From NCBI GenBank assembly GCA_024346625.1, contig AP024666.1:1-64000 (forward strand): a stretch of DNA of 64,000 nt, in the 5' to 3' direction. Below are positions 1-10,481 of the stretch, piece after piece. The notes beneath the pieces are model-generated. The model did no database searches. It saw nothing but the letters and a program-made list of their open reading frames with translations, and was not told the DNA's origin. Every line of letters starts with the position of its first letter. Within the stretch, counting starts at the first letter, position 1. A program made the translations under genes and the position numbers. Origin of the DNA: Williopsis jadinii (taxonomy: Eukaryota).

Positions 1-96
1 GAGACACCCAGACACCCAGACACCCAGACACCCAGACACCCAGACACCCAGACACCCAGACACCCAGACACCCAGACACCCAGACACCCAGACACC
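1..96 (-). repeat. Telomeric repeat array, 8-bp unit AGACACCC (G-strand GGGTGTCT), ~12 copies
   Basis: Perfect tandem AGACACCC from nt 2 to 96 at the window start, with the C-rich strand 5', as expected at a left chromosome end. The unit is a circular permutation of the known yeast telomere repeat TCTGGGTG. Confidence 0.97.
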
Positions 97-1017
97 TGGT
101 GGCCTTGTTGTTTACACGGTGTCCACTTGATGATGATTCAGCGGTGAGTTGATGTCCACAGTATGTCCACGGGGCAACCATAAGCCTCTAGCGACAGCCT
201 GGTGGATGTATCGTGGTCTCTAGCGTCTGTCCAGGGTATTCCCAGCATGTAGTTGTCCAATTGGTGTCCATTGGTGGCCTGATTGTTGACCCAGTGTGCA
301 CTCTGTGTTGATTCAGCGGCAAGCGAACGTTGATGGGGCCTTCACGCGGCATCCACCGACCTCTAGCGAACGTCCAGTGGATGGACCGTGGTCTCCAGTG
401 TCTGTTTGGCATGTGTCCAGCATGTAGATGTCCAATTGGTGTCCATTGGTGGCCTTGTTGTTTACACCGTGTCCACTTGGTGTTGATTCAGGGGCGAGAA
501 AACGTCGACGGGGCCTCCACGCGGCATCCGTAAGCCTCTAGCGACAGCCTGGTGGATGTATCGTGGTCTCTAGCGTCTGTCCAGGGTATTCCCAGCATGT
601 AGATGTCCAATTGGTGTCCATTGGTGGCCTTGTTGTTTACACGGTGTCCACTTGATGATGTTTCAGCGGCGAGAAAACGTCGACGAGGTGGCCACCAGGC
701 ATCCACAGACCTCTAGCGATAGCCTGGTGGATGTATCGTGGTCTCTAGCGTCTGTCCAGGGTATTCCCAGCATGTAGTTGTCCAATTGGTGTCCATTGGT
801 GGCCTTGTTGTTGACACGGTGTCCACTTGATGATGTTTCAGCGGCAAGCGAACGTTGATGGGGCCTTCACGCGGCAAACATAAGCCTCTAGCGACAGCCT
901 GGTGGATGTATCGTGGCCTCAGGTTCTGTCCAGCATGTTTCCAATACATAGATGTCTAATTGGTGTCCATTGGGAACATCTTTGTTTACCCTCTACCCCC
1001 TTGATGTTCATTCAGGG
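97..1017. repeat. Subtelomeric tandem repeat, 175-bp unit, ~5.2 diverged copies
   Basis: Anchor GGTGGCCT recurs at 98, 273, 448, 623 and 798 (exact 175-bp spacing), with a degenerate copy at ~972. The blocks cctctagcga-cagcctggtggatgtatcgtgg and tgtccaattggtgtccattgg recur in the units. Confidence 0.93.
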
Positions 1018-4000
1018 AAAAGTTTTTTTTTTCGCAAATTCACCGGCGAGAAAACGCCCACGCGGTGGCCACCGGTTCAGGCATTAGCTCCGATCCAGGT
1101 AAAGTGGCCCCGCCAGCTTGGTGTCCAGCAGTAAATTGGCGCAATTCGGGATCAACCACCCCCATGTGGGGCCCGGAGTTTGACACATCCTACACTTAAA
1201 TGCTTCCAGAACTCCACACACACATCCTACCACAACCAAAATCACTGTCCCACGCTCACAAAATTCACGCCTTTCCAATGAGACCAAAATACCCTGGTAT
1301 TTCCACCATTTGGGTTTTTCATTCCATTATTTTACTGTTAACATCTACCCAAATTTTATAATCCGAAAAAGACTCACCTATTCTCGGAGATATCCTAAAT
1401 TAATATATACTATATAAACCCATAACTCGGCAACTAGCAGAGCTTTCGAGCTATAACCACCACTACTGGATAGCTACGCTCAAGAACTTACCACTGGGTT
1501 TAAGTTGTTTCCCGGTTTGTGGCTGCCCATCTCCCTGGAAAGCAAAAACATTCTTCGGAGATGGCGCGAGCTTGAAACAATAGCGTATCGACGTTAACTA
1601 GTTTAGTAATGAGCAGCAACTCTGACAGCTTTAAACGATTGGGAGTGGACCAGAAGTACATTTTCGTTTCATATGTATCTTGTAGTACTGATTGTGTGAC
1701 TATGTGTGGATTATGGTGTCAGCTCAATGAGGTGCTAAGGTGACAATCGCAAGTATGGAGGACTGGTTGAGTAACGACAAAGTTCAGTTGATGCTACTCA
1801 AACTACAATTTCAACAACAATCTAAAAGAAAGATATACCCTGTATGATTCTAGAGCCTTCATATGTACTGCCAAGCTCGGATGAGTAACTCGGAACTATT
1901 GGAAACCAGTACAATTCGATAAAGACACGATCCAATATGGAAGAAGGACGATATAGTGTGGAAGACAAGATGATGCGTTGCGTAAAATAGACGATACCTT
2001 GGGGAAACCAAACAGTTCTCATGGATAGCCTTCCAAAGTACCAATCAGAAGCGCTGCAGACTCGAGATGTAATACATGGTACAGATGGCGTGGGAGATCT
2101 TCCACGGGACAGTGAAAAGTCTTGATAGTGTAAGCACTTTGTCCACTCGAAATGAACACAGCGTGGTTGGAACCCTTAAGACAACGAGTAAATCAATGAT
2201 ATTGAGTATATCATATTCGATAGTCTCCACATGAGCTGGTGGCTTGTGCAATGCCGTTAATCAGTGGGATTGGATCTTGGCTGCACTCTCTACTAACTGA
2301 AGAGGTGAAAGAAGTGCAATTGGAAGAGTGGAAACGTATGGATGACAAGTGAACATGCCCATGAGTACAGAATATGATGCCTCAGATGTACACTACTGAA
2401 ACCCAAAAGATCAAAGTGATTGATTAAAACTATCAGCACATCAGTTTCCATAATTGACACCGTGCCCACTTGGAAGACGACAAAATTGGGTTTAAACTCA
2501 TGATAAAGCATTCAAAGAAGTCACATCTATTAATTGAATAGCCGACCAATATCACAGACTCACTGTCAATGCTACCACTCAATTGAGTTGTGCTGATGTA
2601 ACTTGATTCCTGAGTCGTTGTGGATTTTGAAATTTCCATCATCTTCAGTTCTAAATCGAGACAGCACAATGGTGACTTATGATCAAGCGTTCAGACAAAT
2701 CACAGAGTATGTCTCCTTTTCCATAGAATCGTGGTTGAGTATTGGGTGGCCTATCTAGGGTTTGTATTGTGTTGAGAAATCATCTTCTTCATGAGTCCCT
2801 GTGACAACTGTTATCTCCAGGTAGCGAACAAAACTCTTCGGCAAAATATTGTACAACATTCAGACAGAGCTCATACTATAGTTCAGCTCCGGGAGAACCA
2901 TCCATGAGAAATGCACAAATGTCCTTGAGCTTGAGTTGTGAGAATATAAGTGTCATCATGAATCATGGTGAACATTATCAAGTCTGATTGGAAGTGGTGT
3001 AGCTAAGTGAAGAGTGATGAGAAAGCTTCCACATCAATTACACAACATAGACATGTCTTCACTAATGTGTTATTGCTGATGTGTACTTGATATGCCAATT
3101 GTGTCGTATAAGGCTTCGCTATTTCACGACCCATATCAAGTTTGCGTTTCACAAACAACGAAATACAAATCAATACCAAGAAGTACCATCAAATCGCAGA
3201 AAGTGGAAATACCGTGGTATTTATACGATCATTGTGTATGCTTCATCAACTTGTTCTTGTTGAGAGCCAAAGGAAATGCCAATTCCAATACGTAGATGTG
3301 TTGATATCTAGCTGTTAAAATCTTTAGCCAAAGAGACATGTCTATACTTTATGCATGAGACAGAGTGGTAGTTTGTTACCCAGTTCCTTGGGTGAGAAAG
3401 TAATGATGGCGGTCTATATGATCCTCTGATACACGTGTCAAACTTCAAACATCTTATTAGAAGACCAATTCTTGTAAAGTAGTTGAGACCCTTAAAACTC
3501 CCATCTCTTCCTCTAGCGCTGTTGTTGTGACTTTCACAGTCACTCAAAGCCTTTCAAATCATTTGGAATAACCTCATGTGATACGTAGCAGTAACCCATA
3601 TTAAAAGCATCATCTTCCAAAGACTCAATGCTTGAACTGTCAATGGAAAGAGTGTGTTGATATAAGAAAGTCCCCTTGCTTTGTTGATGTTTTTTCTCAA
3701 CCCCCGCTCAATTTTGATGTTCGGATGTTTGGTGTCAACAAATGTGAGAACATAGCAACGCATTAACGATAACTACTTCCCCAACGTTCAATGACAACAG
3801 CTTTGATCGATAGAGAATGGACTTCAAGTACACTTAGTATCGCTCTTTGTCATATACAAATTAGCACACGTCTATGCATTGGATGTGGGATCAGCACAAG
3901 ATGGTCATGACTGGATGAGTTCAACTACGAAGGACCTAGCGAGCATCAACAACGATTGATTCATACTCGTCAAGATTTAACATACACGTTGATCTATCAA

Positions 4001-6155
4001 AGACGAGATATCTGGTGGCTCATAAAGAGTGTTGTATACACTGTAAGAGAAATTCAAACGTTTGGAAAACCAAGTGAACTGGAATCAATAGGTTTATGTT
4101 GTGCCATAGCCCAAAGTATTACAGTAACAACAGAAGACAATGGTTTTCAAGAACCACAGGGGAAGTTTGAGCTGTTGATAGCAATTAGTCTACACTTTCG
4201 GTGCTTTTTAATCACCATGTGGTAATCGTGCTGGGTTATTCTGAGAGTATTTGGGTTGGCCGCCTGTTAAAATGTGAAATAAAAAAGAGCAATGGTATGA
4301 CCGAAACAGCAAATTTCAAATCATCACAGAAGAAATCGAATCTATAAAATGACCCTTACCAGCTAAAATTCATACCAATCACTCCTAAATGGTAGTACTA
4401 GAAGGTTCCATCCCATTTAACTATCTTTTAATGCCGATCAAAGTAGCTTGGTCCTTATTTTTCAGTTTTGTTTCCCACATAGTCAGTTATAGCAAATATA
4501 TCAAGAGCAAGCTTCCCATGGTTCTGGAATAACGACTATACATCAACATCCACACTAACAATACTCATGCTGGAGCTCAACAATTATTGATCTTATTCAA
4601 TGGATGAGGATGAAATTTTCTCTTGTTGTTCTGTCCAGGTTGTCAACAAACAAGCAGAAGCTCCCAAGGGGAGGATTCTCTTCGAATGGTTTAATTAGCA
4701 AAACGCTATCAAGGATATCCAAACGTGGGATTGAAGCTAATACCACTTGAAGAATTGAACATTATCAGACGTCAATACGCTCTTAGCTGCACAACATAAC
4801 TTCCCAATTTGGCTTGTAGCCAGGTTGGTGTCAAGTAACCCAGTCTTGGTTTGACAATGGAACATGAATCTGGTATTCCAAGCTCTCATGACTACTCAAA
4901 GTCCAGTATGAGAACAGCAAAAGCAATGGCCTGATTAGAAGGAACTGCACCAAATGGTCTCCAGATTGATGATCCATATGCCTCAGTAATATTTCTGAGG
5001 ATTATAAATAAGAGCCCTTAGCCTCTAAGGTTGCAGAAGTTTATACGTATCTAAGAAGTAACGAAATTTATATAGCTCACTTGTTGATTTCTTAACGTCT
5101 CAAGCTCAGTAACTTACTGAGTCTAGTACAGATAAGGTACCAAGTAGAGACTAATCAACAGTGGACGGTCAAAAGCCTATAGGTATCCTGATGCTGATGA
5201 CATACCACAATAGATAGACCTACCATGGTCTACCATATAGTATTACCAGGACTGGTTCCTAATAGAGTATACTCTGGTTACAAAGATACTTGTAATAATG
5301 CTTGAAGATTATGTTGACTAACCTAACACAGCGGCAGCTTATTCGACTCCTATACAATCTCTGAGTTTTTCATAATGTGCCATATCACCAGGTATGGAGA
5401 CATCTCCAATTCAGATGTTACCCAGAATAAAATGCCAACAGAAACAAGATTTTCGATTACTGAGTACGATATCACAGATCTTAACGACCAGCTGTCATGA
5501 ATGTGATAACTCAACAAATGTAGATGACAAGCCTGCTTCAATGAAACCAACAATTAATCAACACTGTCTTACAAGTGACTCTTTACGCCTAGCACAGAGG
5601 GTATTAGTCTTCCCAAGACTCTATCTATTGTCTATTCATCTGATACGGCATCCGGTCTGGAGGTGAGTCTTCCAATGCGGCTCAATAAATTATCACGATT
5701 CCACAAGTTGTATCAATGACGAATCGTATTAACAATTCATATAAAACAGGGAGAAGTGCGTAATTTTATTAACTTGAGGCGATTCGAAATTGAAACGGGG
5801 ATGGTTCAGTAATCTGAAGCTTAAATTGTCATATATACCTCATCAGAGTACCGCACCATAAAGTTAACTATATATCAATCTTCTGGATTCTGATCGTTGT
5901 CCTTTCTCTGATTTATCCAGCCTTTAAAAACCATAGACAGGTATTGGTATTGGAAAATCCAACCTCCATGATCGTTTACAGAATATACCACAGATTTCGT
6001 CATTTTTAGAAGGCCCTAAAACCGTTGTAAATATTTGTAGGTCTTCTTCACAGTGAATCCAATTCCCAGACATCATCTAGAAGTATTTGTGCACTTACAT
6101 TCGTGTGCTGCGCCCTCACGTGTAACACTACCTTTGTTTTGGCCAAAATTTCCCA

Positions 6156-7802
6156 TTAGTATACAAATTGGAAGTCGAGTCTTCTGTTTCCCACATCTGT
6201 TGTGTTTTCACGATAATCTTGTTGTTCTTCTGGGGACATTGCATTCCATTTGCGAGCCTTCTGGCGATTTCTAATGATATAGTATTGTCTAGCTGCAAAA
6301 CACGAAATGATTGTAGCAACACTGATTCCAACAAGCCAGCTATTACCTCTGTGGTATAATGGTTTGTCGTCAGCTCTGTAAATGTTTGATCCCACAATAC
6401 TTGCTGACTGTGAAAACATGTTCACAATAGCTGCACTAACAGCTCTAGCACGCACAGAGTTTGAGTTCGAAGAGCACCATGAGATAGAAAGCGGCCAGAA
6501 GGGAGCGTGACCCAATAGGATAGTCAAAATGACATAAGTTGGCCATACGTCGACTTGAGTACCAGGCCAAAATCTAAGAGGAACCAAACACGACATGCAC
6601 CAAACTCCTGTGAAAGCAAGAATCAAAGCACGGGTTTTCAATTTTTCACTCAACCAACCAGTGGTGACCATGGTTATGATAGCTAAAACGTTTGCAGGGA
6701 TAGTTAAAAGATTGGTGTTGAACTTAGAGAATCCGAGTTGACGCAATGTAAGTGTCAAATAATTCGATACAGGACTAGTCATCAAATCACCAAGGAATCT
6801 GACGATGTAGATTGGTAATAAATCAAAATCCGTGAAGGACATCACCAACTCCTTCAAACTAACGGGCTCTCTGTTGTTCATATCACCTTTGGTAGGATCG
6901 TCCCTTAAAACACGGTTAACCACAATCTTCTCTTCGCGATCTGTGAACCATCCATTCTTTCTGTACCATGTTTTAGTCTGGGCTGCTGAAGCAGGCATCA
7001 TAAAATAACTGAGGACACCGATTAAGAAAGTGAAAACACCTTCTACGAGAAAAACCCATTGCCAACCGTGAGGGAAAACATTGGTCTGGATTCTGATAAG
7101 AGCAAATCCCAATAGCGCACTCAGAATACTAGTCAAAGGATTGGCAATGTAAAACAAAGAAAGTCTCAATGGCATCTCACTGTTCTTGTAGAAATACGAC
7201 ATCCATAGACATGTGTCACAAATGAACCCACCCTGGAAAAGACCAATGAGAGCTCTTGTAATGTAGAACCCAGCTTTGTTTGTGATAGCGACTTGAGAAA
7301 CAGAAACCACACTCCATAAGCAAAGCTGGGTTGGAATCCATAAATCAGCACCGATCTTCTTTGAAATCAACTGGGATGGTAACTCGGCACCTAAGAAACA
7401 AACCAGGTTGATAGTACTTGCAACGTTGTAGTCATTGGTTGTCAAGCCTAAATCATCAAGAATATTGTCACTTAGTGCTTGAGCTATGTTGGCTCTGTCA
7501 AAGTCCAAAGCGGTGAACATGATATATGCCCAAAAGGTAACTCTCCAGTCACATTTCCAAATAACTTTGCGCTCCTCTTCAGAAGTCCAAGCAAAGAAGG
7601 GGTCAAACAAGTGACGACACTCATACTGGGCCTTTTCATAAATATTGGTGTAGAATTTGACATTCTCAGGATCTTTGAATATGTGGTATTCGCTAGATGA
7701 AAGTGATTCCTCATCAAAGTCCAACTGACGAGTACTTTCCTCAACATTACTCTTGACAACTTTGCCTCTCCCACGAGAGTCTTCACTACTGATGGATGAC
7801 AT
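6156..7802 (-). CDS. SOA1: Allantoate-permease (Dal5/ACS) family MFS transporter, SOA1/YIL166C-like sulfonate/sulfur-compound permease
   Basis: 548 aa, multiple TM segments. YECRHLFDP..WT.EEE.KVIWK.DWR, DRANIAQALSDN.LDDLG and the C-terminal F.FVY are characteristic of the YIL166C subfamily. Divergent from a JLP1 homolog. Confidence 0.82.
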   Translation of the reverse strand: MSSISSEDSRGRGKVVKSNVEESTRQLDFDEESLSSSEYHIFKDPENVKFYTNIYEKAQYECRHLFDPFFAWTSEEERKVIWKCDWRVTFWAYIMFTALDFDRANIAQALSDNILDDLGLTTNDYNVASTINLVCFLGAELPSQLISKKIGADLWIPTQLCLWSVVSVSQVAITNKAGFYITRALIGLFQGGFICDTCLWMSYFYKNSEMPLRLSLFYIANPLTSILSALLGFALIRIQTNVFPHGWQWVFLVEGVFTFLIGVLSYFMMPASAAQTKTWYRKNGWFTDREEKIVVNRVLRDDPTKGDMNNREPVSLKELVMSFTDFDLLPIYIVRFLGDLMTSPVSNYLTLTLRQLGFSKFNTNLLTIPANVLAIITMVTTGWLSEKLKTRALILAFTGVWCMSCLVPLRFWPGTQVDVWPTYVILTILLGHAPFWPLSISWCSSNSNSVRARAVSAAIVNMFSQSASIVGSNIYRADDKPLYHRGNSWLVGISVATIISCFAARQYYIIRNRQKARKWNAMSPEEQQDYRENTTDVGNRRLDFQFVY

Positions 7803-9108
7803 GCTTGGGTATTATGATCCTCAGATAGGGAGTGATGGTTTGAGGTTCTGGATTATTGTGTTGTTATTTATACAAAAGGTATCGTCGAGTATTGTTAATA
7901 GCCATATTGCAAGCTTCACAGTTTCAGTCACAGGTCTGCCACATTGCCACATTGCCACATGTACAAGCTGTTTTAGTAGCCACATTGCTGTGTTGTGATA
8001 AGTCTTCAAAAAGCCCTTCTGAGAAGCGTTTTGAAGTTGAGCCACTGCAAAACAGTGGCGTAAGACGGCTGTTTATCAGGCGCATCGGTAATATAAGTGG
8101 CTGCGTTCAGCCGCAGACGACGTGCTAATATCTCATATGGCGATGTGAACATTTTTCCGTAAACTGGACAACAGCTTGCTATAACAGTGCTTGGAAATAC
8201 ATCACGAGCCCAAGATGGTTAGTACATTTCTGATTTCTTTGTCTCGCTGTTTGAGCACATCACTGGAGACCCAGTTCCAAGGTATAGTAGAGCGCCAATA
8301 CGCTCATTAAACCATACATTTAACCTTCTAAGTGGGTGCGCAACATATAGCAAACTCAGATGGCCTACCTATCTAACTTTGCAGCCACATCATAAAGTGG
8401 ACTTGAAGGTCTACAGGCCAATGATAGCCAGTTATATGAACCTCTTTCGGCATAATACCAATATAAGTTCATATTGCACGTGGCTTTTTGCGAAGGATCT
8501 CAAGGACAGTTCAGCCATTTGGCGCACTGAGTGGTGGCAACTCAATCTATCAAAAAGGGACCAAGAAGCGTTGGCAGAGTTAGGTTTATTACATGAGGAT
8601 CTAAAACGGCTTTACCTCTAGCAGATCAAATCTCGCAATCTGGCTCTTTGCAAAGATCATTTTATGAACTTCTAGAGTCAAATCACGGAAGGACCCAATT
8701 ATAATCTTTTGGGTCTTTGTTTCAAGCTCATAGGTAAACAATATGCGATGTATGATCAGCGAACGGCAAAGGTTTCTTCAAAACTTAACACCCCCATCCT
8801 CTAAGTTGTAATCTATGGATGGTCCATTAATCCCAATGTGTTCCAAAGCCCATCGATTTGACAGGAGATGAGGGCTGCGTTGTGATTTATTGACCCGTAC
8901 GATAGATGGCAGTCAAAGTCTATTACGACACTACTGTTTTATTCAACAAACACTGAATTGAGACTATCAGCTATAGTCGTATGCTGAGAGATCGATGGAC
9001 AGCTATTGGAATGTATTGGAATTGTTCATGTGGTTAGATTCTTTATTCCATGGATCGTCGGTTAAAGTAACGAGCTATCTTTCATTCGATTATTTTTCGA
9101 GGTCTGTA

Positions 9109-9118
9109 AAACTGTGGC
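9109..9118 (+). promoter_or_regulatory. Met31/Met32-type site AAACTGTGGC upstream of JLP1
   Basis: Exact match to the Met31/32 consensus, ~230 bp upstream of a sulfonate dioxygenase ATG. Additional TGTGGC cores lie at 7938-7984 near the SOA1 start. Confidence 0.6.
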
Positions 9119-9344
9119 TCGTTCCGCAGCTATAACAATTTACCTGGTTAGCAGGGTGTATTGCAATTGGTCAAGTGGAATGATTTAGTTGACACAGTCA
9201 AATACAATGTACCGTATAACACGGTGGAGAATCAGATCTTACGATTCTTTTCAATCCTTTCCCACCCTTTCCCCAATGTATAAATAACATCTCTATATCC
9301 CTCCCCTTCTTGAAGTTGGCTAAATCACTGTACATCAAGGAACT

Positions 9345-10481
9345 ATGGCGAGCAGAATCAGTGTCTACACAGCACCAAGTGCCACTCATTTCAGAAAAAA
9401 TGAAGATCGTGTTGATGAAAAGTCAGGGTTGAAGAAAGTGAGCGAAAAAGAATATAGAACGGTTGACTACCCTCAGTGGCTCCCAACTTGGGACCCAAAT
9501 GAAAAGTACGATTCTTATCCAGATGATCTCAATAGAGCGTTCAGCGACCGTGGTTTGTTGGCTGATGAGCAATTGAGAAATCTTTTCCCACCAGAAAAAG
9601 CTGATGATATCAAAGTGAAGAAGCTCAGCCCAAAACTGGGTAGTGAAGTTAGGGGTCTGCAATTGTCCGAGTTGGATGACGCTGCAAAGAATGATTTGGC
9701 TCTATTTGTTGCTCAGCGTGGTGTTGTGGTGTTCAGAGACCAAGATTTAAAGGACAAGGGCCTTGAGTTCAACAGACAATTTGGATCATACTTTGGACCT
9801 TTGCACATCCATCCTTCATCTGGTGCTCCAGAGGGTTACCCACAGTTTCACATTGTCTACCGTAGAAAGGACCCAACCGAGTATGAAAAGACCTTTAAAG
9901 ATAGACTAACGGTTAAGGGATGGCACAGTGATGTCACCTATGAGAAATACCCACCGGGAACAACATTCTTTACACTTCTTCAAGGACCTGAAACGGGTGG
10001 CGATACAATCTTCAGTGATACCGTGGAGGCTTACAAAAGACTCTCTCCAACATTCCAAAAGATCCTTTCTGGCTTGAAAGGCGTGCACTCCTCTGAGTTA
10101 CAAGCCCAAGCTTCGAGACGTGAAGGTGGAATTGAAAGAAGACCGCCATCTACGGTTCTTCATCCACTTGTTCGTACCCATCCTGTTACTAAGGAAAAGG
10201 CGTTATTCGTTCCGGGGTTTATTGAAAAGATTGATGGCTTGAAGCACGAAGAGTCTGAAGCTATTTTGAATGTTTTATTCGATCATGTCAATAACTCCCA
10301 TGATTTACAGATCAGAGCAAACTGGGAACCGGGTACGGTTGCTGTTTGGGACAACAGACGTGTCTTACATGATGCAACTTTGGATTGGGATTCAGGATCA
10401 GTTCGTCATTGTTACAGAATCACACCAATGGCTGAAAGACCAGTTGAAAATGAAGATGAACTCGAAGAGTGGAATCGGTGA
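9345..10481 (+). CDS. JLP1: Fe(II)/alpha-ketoglutarate-dependent sulfonate dioxygenase (TauD family)
   Basis: 378 aa with QRGVVVFRDQ, the HxD motif WHSDVTYE, GGDTIF, HPLVRTHPVT and WDNRRVLH. Confidence 0.92.
   Translation: MASRISVYTAPSATHFRKNEDRVDEKSGLKKVSEKEYRTVDYPQWLPTWDPNEKYDSYPDDLNRAFSDRGLLADEQLRNLFPPEKADDIKVKKLSPKLGSEVRGLQLSELDDAAKNDLALFVAQRGVVVFRDQDLKDKGLEFNRQFGSYFGPLHIHPSSGAPEGYPQFHIVYRRKDPTEYEKTFKDRLTVKGWHSDVTYEKYPPGTTFFTLLQGPETGGDTIFSDTVEAYKRLSPTFQKILSGLKGVHSSELQAQASRREGGIERRPPSTVLHPLVRTHPVTKEKALFVPGFIEKIDGLKHEESEAILNVLFDHVNNSHDLQIRANWEPGTVAVWDNRRVLHDATLDWDSGSVRHCYRITPMAERPVENEDELEEWNR

Noticed and set aside
97..1017. CRISPR-like repeat/spacer pattern
   Set aside because: Whole units are homologous with no unique spacers; eukaryotic subtelomere with no cas genes.
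188..1134. Short repeated ORFs in the subtelomeric array
   Set aside because: Artefacts of the 175-bp repeat; interrupted differently in each unit.
1336..1600. Possible solo LTR starting TGTTAACA
   Set aside because: No matching CA terminus with a target-site duplication could be found.
3876..3893. CIGCG-encoding stretch similar to the Fanzor zinc finger at 12139
   Set aside because: No ExYTS before it and no second CxxC or DRDxN after it; likely chance.
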